Translations under genes and position numbers: made by a program
Shown here: positions 9,638 to 17,264 of the stretch, in pieces
Numbering within the stretch: position 1 is the stretch's first letter
Layout of the letters: each line of letters starts with the position of its first letter
Virus record (IMG/VR): IMGVR_UViG_3300029309_000006
Location: 1 to 64,000 of that record
From: a virus
Direction: 5' to 3' (one strand)
DNA: 64,000 nucleotides
Notes under the pieces: generated by a model
The model's input: only the letters and a program-made list of their open reading frames with translations
What the model was told of the DNA's origin: nothing
Database searches by the model: none

Positions 9638-10340
9638 TAGTTTCTACTATGGAGAACTAAATCAATTAGCTTTAAGCAGTTCTTCTTTGAAATTATTATT
9701 ATCAAGTCCTAAAACTTACAAGTATGTTACTAAGTATGGTAATCCTGAAACACAACCATTAAGAGATGGCAGACTTGTACACCTTAGTATATTAGAACCT
9801 AGAAAATTTGAAGCTTTAAACTTTGTAGATGTATCGAGTAAAAACTCTAAAAAATACAGAGAAGCTAAATTAGAATTTGGAGAAGTATATACAAGATCAG
9901 AAAAAGAAAACGCTGAGAAAATAGCAGATGCTTTTTTAAAAAACGAACACGCTTTAAAAACAATTACAAACTGTGCTTTTGAAATACCATCAATAGGAAT
10001 AGTACAGGGCTACCCATTTAGAGGTAAAGCAGATGTACTTACAAATAATGGCATTGTAGATTTAAAAACTTCTACAGACATAAAAGGCTTTCCGTATGCT
10101 GCAAAAAAATACTCTTACGATGTACAATGTTATTTGTATTGCAAACTGTTTGATGTATCACACGAGCAATTTAAGTTTGTAGTGATAGACAAAGGTTCAC
10201 TTGACATTGCGATATGGAAATGTAGTAAAGAGTTCTACGAGGAGGGTAAAAGAAAAACAAAAGAAGCAATAGAAATATTTGAAAAGTTTTTTATAGAAGG
10301 TCAAGACATAGATAACTATATAATAGAAGGATTATTATGA
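9561..10340 (+). CDS. RecE/ExoVIII-like exonuclease (DUF3799-like PD-(D/E)xK)
   Basis: LSSSSLK, GRLVHLSILEP, RGKAD, VDLKTS, YDVQCYLY. Confidence 0.8.
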   Translation: MTQTKIQLLDGKDYNKKDLLKKMVDDSFYYGELNQLALSSSSLKLLLSSPKTYKYVTKYGNPETQPLRDGRLVHLSILEPRKFEALNFVDVSSKNSKKYREAKLEFGEVYTRSEKENAEKIADAFLKNEHALKTITNCAFEIPSIGIVQGYPFRGKADVLTNNGIVDLKTSTDIKGFPYAAKKYSYDVQCYLYCKLFDVSHEQFKFVVIDKGSLDIAIWKCSKEFYEEGKRKTKEAIEIFEKFFIEGQDIDNYIIEGLL

Positions 10341-11473
10341 TTAAAATTAAAAAAGAATTTAAAAGTTTAATACCAAATTTAACTAAAGAAGAATTTAAGC
10401 AATTAGAACAAAACTGTTTAGATGAAGGTATAAGAGAAAAAATACTTGTTTGGAATGGTTTTATTATTGATGGTCATAACAGATATGAGATTTCTTTAAA
10501 GTGGAATTTAGAAATACAAACAGAAACAAAACATTTTAAAGATGAAGAAGCTGTAAAGGAATGGATGATCTTAAACCAATTTGGTAGAAGAAATTTAAGT
10601 AACTATCAAAGAAGTGTTTTAGCATTACAACTTGAAGAAGTGTTTAGTAAAAAGGCTAAAGAAAATCAAGCTATACAATATAAAGGAAGTTCACTTTCGC
10701 AGAATTCTGCAGAAGTGAAACCAATAGAAACAAGAAACGAACTTGCAAAAGTAGCAAACGTATCACACGATACAATAGCTAAAGTAAAAAAAATACAAGC
10801 ACAAGCAAGTGAAGAAGTTAAAGCAAAACTATCTACTGGCGAAGTAAGTATAAATTCAGCTTTCCAAGATATTAAGAAAGAAGAAAAAAAGAAGAATAGG
10901 CTTGAAAAAATAGAGCAAATAAAACAAGAAATTTCTAAAGGTTTGAAAGCTCCAAATGGTTTATATGATGTAATATCTATTGATCCTCCTTGGGAATATT
11001 CAGAACGTGGAGGGAGTAGTCACAATTCATTTGATGCAGTAGGTAATCGAGCAGGTGTTGATTATCCTACTATGACAGTAGAAGAATTAAAAAAAATAAA
11101 TATTCCTGCTAAAAGCGATTGTGTTATGTTTTTGTGGACTACACACGCTTTTTTAAAAGATTCTTTTGATTTGTTAGATGCTTGGGGGTTTAATTATAAA
11201 GCTACTTTGGTGTGGGATAAAGTTAAAATGGGTATGGGTAGAAACATAAGGATGCAAGTAGAATTTTGTTTACTTGCTACCAAAGGAAAACCAATTTTAA
11301 ATGGTAGTGGAGAACGTGATATTATTACTGAACCTAGGAGAGAACACAGCAGAAAACCTGAAGCTTTTTACACTAAAGTTGATAATATGACTGTTGGTTA
11401 TAAATTAGATTATTTTGCAAGAGAACAAAGAAAAAATTGGTTTACATATGGAGCAGAAGTTGGAAAGTTTTAA
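10337..11473 (+). CDS. ParB-like N-domain fused to MT-A70 family N6-adenine methyltransferase
   Basis: IIDGHNR (ParB/Srx-like); DPPW, FLWTT, VWDK, EHSRKPE (MT-A70). Confidence 0.85.
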   Translation: MIKIKKEFKSLIPNLTKEEFKQLEQNCLDEGIREKILVWNGFIIDGHNRYEISLKWNLEIQTETKHFKDEEAVKEWMILNQFGRRNLSNYQRSVLALQLEEVFSKKAKENQAIQYKGSSLSQNSAEVKPIETRNELAKVANVSHDTIAKVKKIQAQASEEVKAKLSTGEVSINSAFQDIKKEEKKKNRLEKIEQIKQEISKGLKAPNGLYDVISIDPPWEYSERGGSSHNSFDAVGNRAGVDYPTMTVEELKKINIPAKSDCVMFLWTTHAFLKDSFDLLDAWGFNYKATLVWDKVKMGMGRNIRMQVEFCLLATKGKPILNGSGERDIITEPRREHSRKPEAFYTKVDNMTVGYKLDYFAREQRKNWFTYGAEVGKF

Positions 11474-11927
11474 AAAATTATTAGAATTTGGAGAAGAAGG
11501 AGAAAAAGAGGTCGCTTTAAAATTATTAAATAAAGGTTATACTGTTTTACCTTTATACCAATTTAATAAAGAACATTCTCCTTTCTTGCTTTCAAAACAA
11601 GGTAAAATAACTTTACCTGATTTAGATTGTTATAATGAGAATAAAGAAAGTATTTATATTGAAGTCAAAAGTAAAAGACAATGGAATATTACAAACGGAA
11701 TAATAGAAACAGGTTTTAATTTAAAACAATATAATGAATATAAAATAATACAAGACAAAACACAAAAAAAAGTTTTCATCGTATTCAATCATAAAGGAGA
11801 TCACGAAGGTTTTTATATTACAAGTTTAGACAATATTCATAGAATTTGGTATGGCAAAAATAAAAAAGGAGAAAAAAAATACAAACCACTTGTTTTCTAT
11901 AAAAAAAATAATTTAACAAAAATATAA
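11448..11927 (+). CDS. Putative PD-(D/E)xK endonuclease
   Basis: GEEGEKEV...LPDLD...IEVKSK; the ATG at 11448 overlaps the end of the MTase gene. Confidence 0.65.
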   Translation: MEQKLESFKKLLEFGEEGEKEVALKLLNKGYTVLPLYQFNKEHSPFLLSKQGKITLPDLDCYNENKESIYIEVKSKRQWNITNGIIETGFNLKQYNEYKIIQDKTQKKVFIVFNHKGDHEGFYITSLDNIHRIWYGKNKKGEKKYKPLVFYKKNNLTKI

Positions 11928-12341
11928 ATGATAAATAAAGAATTAAAAATAGCACAGCAAATAAATAGGTACACTCAATTAAACCTTTTTGAGAATACAA
12001 GAAAAAGAGAATATGTAGAAGCTAGATCATTACTTTGTGTAATACTCAATAAGTACTTTGATTATGGTTTAAACAAAATATCAAAGTTTTTTAAAGACAA
12101 TAATAAAACAATGCACCACGCTACAGTTCTTCATTTGATAAGATCGTTTGATGTATATAAAAAATACAACAAGAATTTAGATAATTGGTTAAAACAAATT
12201 GTAGATAAAATAGAGGGTGTAAGAAACGAACACAAAAGAACACTCATAAAACACAGAATAAAATATCTTACAAATAAAGACATAGACCAACTAGCAATAA
12301 GAACAGAAGATATGTATAACAAAGTTTTAGAAAACGAATAA
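11928..12341 (+). CDS. DnaA domain IV-like DNA-binding protein
   Basis: RKREYVEAR...HHATVLH resembles the DnaA C-terminal HTH. Confidence 0.65.
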   Translation: MINKELKIAQQINRYTQLNLFENTRKREYVEARSLLCVILNKYFDYGLNKISKFFKDNNKTMHHATVLHLIRSFDVYKKYNKNLDNWLKQIVDKIEGVRNEHKRTLIKHRIKYLTNKDIDQLAIRTEDMYNKVLENE

Positions 12342-12347
12342 CATTCA

Positions 12348-12373
12348 AAAATTAATATTATTTTTCGATATAT
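12348..12373 (+). promoter_or_regulatory. Unit A late-promoter motif copy 1 (AAAAT-N13-CGATATAT)
   Basis: Upstream of terS; one of five copies with identical spacing. Confidence 0.7.
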
Positions 12374-12413
12374 AGATATACAAAAGATTAATTAATTAAT
12401 TTATATTAATTCT

Positions 12414-12662
12414 ATGGATGGTAGAAAAAACAATGGAGGACACTCTACAAAAGGCAGAGCAGGTAGAAAACCAAAGACAGAAGAAATACAACTTATAGAA
12501 AAACTTACACCTTTAGAACCATTAGCTTTTGCAGCATTGAAAGAAGGATTGAAGAATAAAGACTTTAAGTTTGTACAACTTTATTATAATTATGTAGCAG
12601 GTAAACCAAAAGAAACAAAAGACATTCATATAAACGAAGATGTACCATTATTTATTGATTAA
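12414..12662 (+). CDS. Terminase small subunit (putative)
   Basis: Immediately upstream of terL; GRAGRKPK N-terminus. Confidence 0.6.
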   Translation: MDGRKNNGGHSTKGRAGRKPKTEEIQLIEKLTPLEPLAFAALKEGLKNKDFKFVQLYYNYVAGKPKETKDIHINEDVPLFID

Positions 12663-13828
12663 TGTTTAACCAAACAAAAGCTGTTAAAAGATTAAGAGAA
12701 TTAAACAATCGTATTCGTATTATTAGAGGAGGTTCATCAGCAGGTAAAACTATTGCTATTCTAATGATACTTATTGACTATGCAATTAAGAATCCTTACA
12801 AAGAAATAAGCGTAGTAGCAGAAAGTATTCCCCACTTACGTAGAGGTGCTTTAAAAGACTTTCTAAACATTCTAAAGGTAACGCTTAGGTACGATGAAAG
12901 AAAGTTTAACAAAAGTACCTTAAAATACGAATTTAGTAATGGTAGTTATATAGAGTTCTTTAGTACAGACCAACCTGATAGACTAAGAGGTGCAAGACGT
13001 ACAGACTTATTTATAAACGAATGTAACAATATAGACTTTGAATCTTATCAACAATTAGCAGTAAGAACATCAGGAGACATTTGGCTTGACTATAATCCTG
13101 CAAACTTATTTTGGGTAGACAAAGAACTTATAGGACAAAAAGATACAGACTTTATTACACTTACTTATAAAGACAATGAAAGCCTACCTGAATCTATAAT
13201 AAAAGAAATAGAGAAAGCAAAAATAAAAGCAAAGACAAGTACATACTGGTCTAACTGGTGGAAAGTATATGGTCTTGGAGAAATAGGAAGTTTGGAGGGT
13301 GTTTGTATTCCTGATTGGAAAAGCATTGATAATATTCCTTATGAAGCTAGATTACTTTGTGGAGGACTTGATTTCGGATTTGCTGTAGACCCTAGCTGTA
13401 TTATTTTTTTATACAAGTGGAACGAAGCATATATATTTGATGAAGTGCTTTATCGAAAAGGAATGTTAAACAGAGACATTAGTAGATTCTTAAAAGACAA
13501 TAACATCACCACCCACCTGTGGGCAGATTCAGCAGAACCAAAAAGTATAAGCGAGATAAGAGCTTACGGACATAAAATAGCAGGGGTTTCAAAAGGTAGA
13601 GATTCAGTAATATATGGTATTAACCTAATAAACCAAAACGAAATATATGTAACCTCCAAATCAAAAAACTTAATAAAAGAATTACAGGGTTATGTATGGG
13701 CAAAAGACAAAGAGGGTAACAACATTCAGAAACCTACAGGGTCGCATCCTGATTGTATTGATGCAGCTCGATATGCTTTAATGATGCAACTACAAAACCC
13801 CAACAGAGGTAAATATGCAATAAGATAA
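12662..13828 (+). CDS. terL: Terminase large subunit, PBSX family
   Basis: RGGSSAGKT, LFINE, DYNP, GLDFGF, ADSAEPK, DCIDAARYA. Confidence 0.92.
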   Translation: MFNQTKAVKRLRELNNRIRIIRGGSSAGKTIAILMILIDYAIKNPYKEISVVAESIPHLRRGALKDFLNILKVTLRYDERKFNKSTLKYEFSNGSYIEFFSTDQPDRLRGARRTDLFINECNNIDFESYQQLAVRTSGDIWLDYNPANLFWVDKELIGQKDTDFITLTYKDNESLPESIIKEIEKAKIKAKTSTYWSNWWKVYGLGEIGSLEGVCIPDWKSIDNIPYEARLLCGGLDFGFAVDPSCIIFLYKWNEAYIFDEVLYRKGMLNRDISRFLKDNNITTHLWADSAEPKSISEIRAYGHKIAGVSKGRDSVIYGINLINQNEIYVTSKSKNLIKELQGYVWAKDKEGNNIQKPTGSHPDCIDAARYALMMQLQNPNRGKYAIR

Positions 13829-13853
13829 ATAAATAAAAAAAAAGTTATTAAAT

Positions 13854-13884
13854 TTTGTTAATTAAATAAATAGTTGTATATTAG
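13854..13884 (+). promoter_or_regulatory. Bacteroidota-type promoter (near consensus)
   Basis: TTTG-N19-TATATTAG upstream of the small ORF at 13930. Confidence 0.5.
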
Positions 13885-13929
13885 CTATGTAATTAAAACA
13901 AAGTATAACTAAAAACAAAACAAAACAAA

Positions 13930-14034
13930 ATGATAAAGAAATTTTTACAACAAGACCCAAACAACTGGAAATGGCTAATCAGCTTTTATGCAGTTGCTTT
14001 ACTAATAACTATAATACTAACTTTACAAATATGA
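13930..14034 (+). CDS. 34-aa single-TM peptide (not in ORF track)
   Basis: MIKKFLQQDPNNWKWLISFYAVALLITIILTLQI. Confidence 0.5.
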   Translation: MIKKFLQQDPNNWKWLISFYAVALLITIILTLQI

Positions 14035-14195
14035 CAACAATGAGACAGTTTGGTGTTTTATTAAAAGATATGTTTACAAAACAAGATAAATACTTTTGGA
14101 TAAGAGTTGAAAGAAATCAAGAAACAAAAAAACAAAAAGAGAACTTTATTTATAAAACAATAGAATTATTACAAAACGAAATTAAAATAAAATAA
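14031..14195 (+). CDS. Hypothetical protein
   Basis: 3' part of ORF 13971..14195; the ATG at 14031 overlaps the previous stop. Confidence 0.5.
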   Translation: MTTMRQFGVLLKDMFTKQDKYFWIRVERNQETKKQKENFIYKTIELLQNEIKIK

Positions 14196-14196
14196 T

Positions 14197-14370
14197 ATGG
14201 CACACACACCCAACCCTATAGAAAGTAGACTACATAATGAAGGTAGAATACAACTAAAAGTAAAAGAAATAAAAGAAGCTATACACCTTTTAAAAGATCA
14301 CGGATATACAATTATTGATTTAGAAGGAAACTTTATTAAAAAGCATAGTGAGATAGATGTAGAGGAATAA
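14197..14370 (+). CDS. Hypothetical protein (57 aa, not in ORF track)
   Basis: MAHTPNPIESR...HGYTIIDLEGNFI. Confidence 0.5.
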   Translation: MAHTPNPIESRLHNEGRIQLKVKEIKEAIHLLKDHGYTIIDLEGNFIKKHSEIDVEE

Positions 14371-14392
14371 ATTTATTTTTTTTAATTGCACT

Positions 14393-14423
14393 AAAGAGCG
14401 ATCAGAAATGGTCGCTTTTTTTT
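14393..14423 (+). terminator. Rho-independent terminator
   Basis: AGCGATC-AGAAAT-GGTCGCT stem plus T-run. Confidence 0.75.
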
Positions 14424-14433
14424 GTTTATAACT

Positions 14434-14459
14434 AAAATGCTTGATTTATTTCGATATAT
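14434..14459 (+). promoter_or_regulatory. Unit A late-promoter motif copy 2
   Basis: AAAAT-N13-CGATATAT, 4 nt before the ATG at 14464. Confidence 0.7.
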
Positions 14460-14463
14460 ATAT

Positions 14464-15114
14464 ATGAAAGTAAAAATAAACGTGCCTAATGATTTGTCAG
14501 AAATCAAACTTTGGCAATATCAAAAGTTCTTGAAAATACAAAACGATAATACAGATGAACATTTTATAGCAGCAAAAATGATAGAAATATTTTGTCATAT
14601 AGAATCTAAAGATGTTTTTAAAATGAAAGCAAAAGATATAGCGAAAATAACTAACATAATTGCAGATGTATTTCAGAACAAACCTAAACTAAAGCAAAGA
14701 ATAAAATTAAACAATATTGATTATGGTTTTATACCTAATCTTGATGATATGAGTTTAGGTGAATATATAGATTTAGATACTTATATATCAAAGTGGGATG
14801 AGATTGAAAAAGCTATGGCAGTCCTTTATAGACCTGTTACTCAAACATACAAAGACAAATATAACATAGAGGAATATACAGCAAAAAATGCTGATAAATA
14901 TAAAGACATAACTTTAGATGTAGTATTTGGTAGCATTATTTTTTTTTACCATTTAGGGATAGACTTGTCGAGGGTTATGGCGAATTATTTGGAGGTCAAT
15001 CAGAAAATGAACTTAGCAGAGCAAAACAATTCGGTGAACGCTGGGGATGGTATCAATCAATTTTCGCTCTCTCTCAGGGAGATATTAGAAGATTTGAAAA
15101 TATCACTCAACTAA
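14464..15114 (+). CDS. Putative tail assembly chaperone (gpG-like, frame 0)
   Basis: Probable start at 14464 (MKVKINVP); contains the slippery T TTT TTT at 14940-14946. Confidence 0.6.
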   Translation: MKVKINVPNDLSEIKLWQYQKFLKIQNDNTDEHFIAAKMIEIFCHIESKDVFKMKAKDIAKITNIIADVFQNKPKLKQRIKLNNIDYGFIPNLDDMSLGEYIDLDTYISKWDEIEKAMAVLYRPVTQTYKDKYNIEEYTAKNADKYKDITLDVVFGSIIFFYHLGIDLSRVMANYLEVNQKMNLAEQNNSVNAGDGINQFSLSLREILEDLKISLN

Positions 15115-15200
15115 ATGTACATCAATGTTTAAACTTACTAACATTTATGAAAGAAAAAAGCGATTTAGAAGCACAAGAAATAAAAAGTAAATATAAATGA
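14940..15200 (+). CDS. -1 frameshift extension (gpGT-like C-terminus)
   Basis: The -1 frame is open from the slippery site for 86 codons: FFLPFRDRLVEGYGELF...FGERWGWYQSIFALSQGDIRRFENIT...; its stop overlaps the next ATG. Confidence 0.75.
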   Translation, partial: FFLPFRDRLVEGYGELFGGQSENELSRAKQFGERWGWYQSIFALSQGDIRRFENITQLNVHQCLNLLTFMKEKSDLEAQEIKSKYK

Positions 15201-15667
15201 GCAGTCAAGGTATAAGAGGTTTTTATCAAGTAACACAAACTATCAAAACAAGTTTGTTAAGTGACCCTAATGTAAATAGTGTAACAACTGGAGATATAAC
15301 AGAAATAGATTTATCTAAGCAAACAATATTCCCTTTATCACATATCATTGTAAATAGTGTGACAACACAAGAACAGGTGTTAGTGTTTAATGTTACTATT
15401 ATGGCTATGGATATTGTTAACGAAAACAAAGAAGACACAACAGATATTTTTACTGGCAATAACAATGAACAGGATGTATTGAATACTCAGCTTGGTGTTT
15501 TAAATAAAATAATAAACTTACTTCGCAGGGGTTCTTTATATACAACTAAATACCAATTAGATGGTGACCCAAGTTGTGAGCCTTTTTATGAAAGGTTTGA
15601 TAATCGTATGGCAGGTTGGGCAGCTACAATGGATATACTAATTGATAATGATTTAACTAATTGCTGA
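15197..15667 (+). CDS. Tail terminator/completion protein (putative)
   Basis: Size, acidic composition and context; FPLSHI, AGW motifs. Confidence 0.5.
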   Translation: MSSQGIRGFYQVTQTIKTSLLSDPNVNSVTTGDITEIDLSKQTIFPLSHIIVNSVTTQEQVLVFNVTIMAMDIVNENKEDTTDIFTGNNNEQDVLNTQLGVLNKIINLLRRGSLYTTKYQLDGDPSCEPFYERFDNRMAGWAATMDILIDNDLTNC

Positions 15668-16149
15668 TGGAGTACAACGAAACAAAAAAAATATTAAACA
15701 GTTTTGCAAAATATGTTATACAGCAATCAAGGAGTAATTTAACAAAACAAAATAAAAATGTAACTAAAAAATTATATAACTCTTTAGATTATGAGATATT
15801 GTCAGACAACTCAGGTATGATATTACAATTCATAATGGAAGAATATGGTTCATATCAAGATTTAGGAGTTTCAGGAACAAAAAAAAAATATGATACACCT
15901 TTTAAGTACACTAACAAAAGACCACCATCTAAAGCATTTGACAAGTGGACTGTACGTAAAGGTATAGCACCTAGAGAATCAGGCAAATTTGCAAAACGTA
16001 AAGGTCTTAATTATATAATAGCTAAATCAATATTTGAGCAAGGTATAAAGCCTAGCTTATTTTTTACAAAACCATTTGAGAAAAGATTTGAAACTTTACC
16101 AAATAATTTAATAGCATCATTTGTAAACGACTTTGAAAAACAATTATAA
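15667..16149 (+). CDS. Neck/tail completion protein (putative)
   Basis: Basic protein; LYNSL, YQDLGVSG, GIKPSLFF. Confidence 0.5.
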   Translation: MEYNETKKILNSFAKYVIQQSRSNLTKQNKNVTKKLYNSLDYEILSDNSGMILQFIMEEYGSYQDLGVSGTKKKYDTPFKYTNKRPPSKAFDKWTVRKGIAPRESGKFAKRKGLNYIIAKSIFEQGIKPSLFFTKPFEKRFETLPNNLIASFVNDFEKQL

Positions 16150-17264
16150 TGGCAATAGAAAAAATAAACATAAACAGCCCAGTATATTTAAAAATAGAAA
16201 ACAGTAGCCTTGCTTCTTGTACACTTACATTAGCTATATACACAGGTAATTTCAATGCAAGTCCAAGTATTACTTATGAACTTGTAAAGAACGAAGTTGG
16301 AAATAATAATTTTGTAATATTTGAAATAGGCGAACTTATAAAAGATTATATTACTTATTCATTCTCAGGTTCTTTTGGTAGTAATGGTGTTAATGTATGG
16401 GTACAAACAACAGCAACCCCTAATGATGGGAGTAGTAATTTACCTGCAATATCTACTATAATGTTAGCTTTTGATGGTGTAGGTTATTTTGAAGATGGCT
16501 TTACAATAACAAGTTCTACTAACAGCACGACAACACAAAGCCTAAATAGGTTTAAAGGAAGTGTTACAAAACTAATGAGTAACACAAAGATATTTAGAGA
16601 GAGTCAAGAAATATTACAAATACCTGTACTTGCAAACCTAAGTGTAAACTCAGGCTCAGATGTATTAGCAGGTGCAACAACAGTAAACTTTAAAAACGGA
16701 AACACAACAGTATCAAGTGTAACAGTACCAACAGGCGTATCATCTTCGGCAGGTGCAATAGCTTATGCTGCAAGTACCTCAGCAACACTTACAAGCGTAG
16801 ATATTGTTACAGGGGGTTCAACAGAAACAATTTTAGTAGAAGAACAACCTTGTAATAAGTTTACTAATATGCCTGTAGTTTTTGTTAACAAGTTAGGAGC
16901 ATTACAAAAGGTAAACTTCTTTTTAAAGTCTGTAGAAAGTGTAGCTGTACAAAGAGAAGAATTTAAATCAAATACACTTACAACTGGTGGTACATACTCG
17001 ATAAATGCGCACCAATATAAAAACAGAAACATAAACAGTAGGGAAACTATTATTTTAAATACAGGCTATGTAGATGACAGTTATAATTTAGTAATAGAAG
17101 AAATATTGACTTCTAATAGATGTTGGTTGTTTAAAGATAATTCTTATTTGCCAATCGTACCACAAGATAGTGGAGTAACATTCCAAACAAGCCTTAACGA
17201 TAAACTTGCAAATTATACAATGACATTTAAATATGCCTTTGATAAAATAAATACAATAAGATAA
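16149..17264 (+). CDS. Tail structural protein (distal-tail-like)
   Basis: Beta-rich; FVNKLG, LNTGYV; tail module context. Confidence 0.45.
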   Translation: MAIEKININSPVYLKIENSSLASCTLTLAIYTGNFNASPSITYELVKNEVGNNNFVIFEIGELIKDYITYSFSGSFGSNGVNVWVQTTATPNDGSSNLPAISTIMLAFDGVGYFEDGFTITSSTNSTTTQSLNRFKGSVTKLMSNTKIFRESQEILQIPVLANLSVNSGSDVLAGATTVNFKNGNTTVSSVTVPTGVSSSAGAIAYAASTSATLTSVDIVTGGSTETILVEEQPCNKFTNMPVVFVNKLGALQKVNFFLKSVESVAVQREEFKSNTLTTGGTYSINAHQYKNRNINSRETIILNTGYVDDSYNLVIEEILTSNRCWLFKDNSYLPIVPQDSGVTFQTSLNDKLANYTMTFKYAFDKINTIR

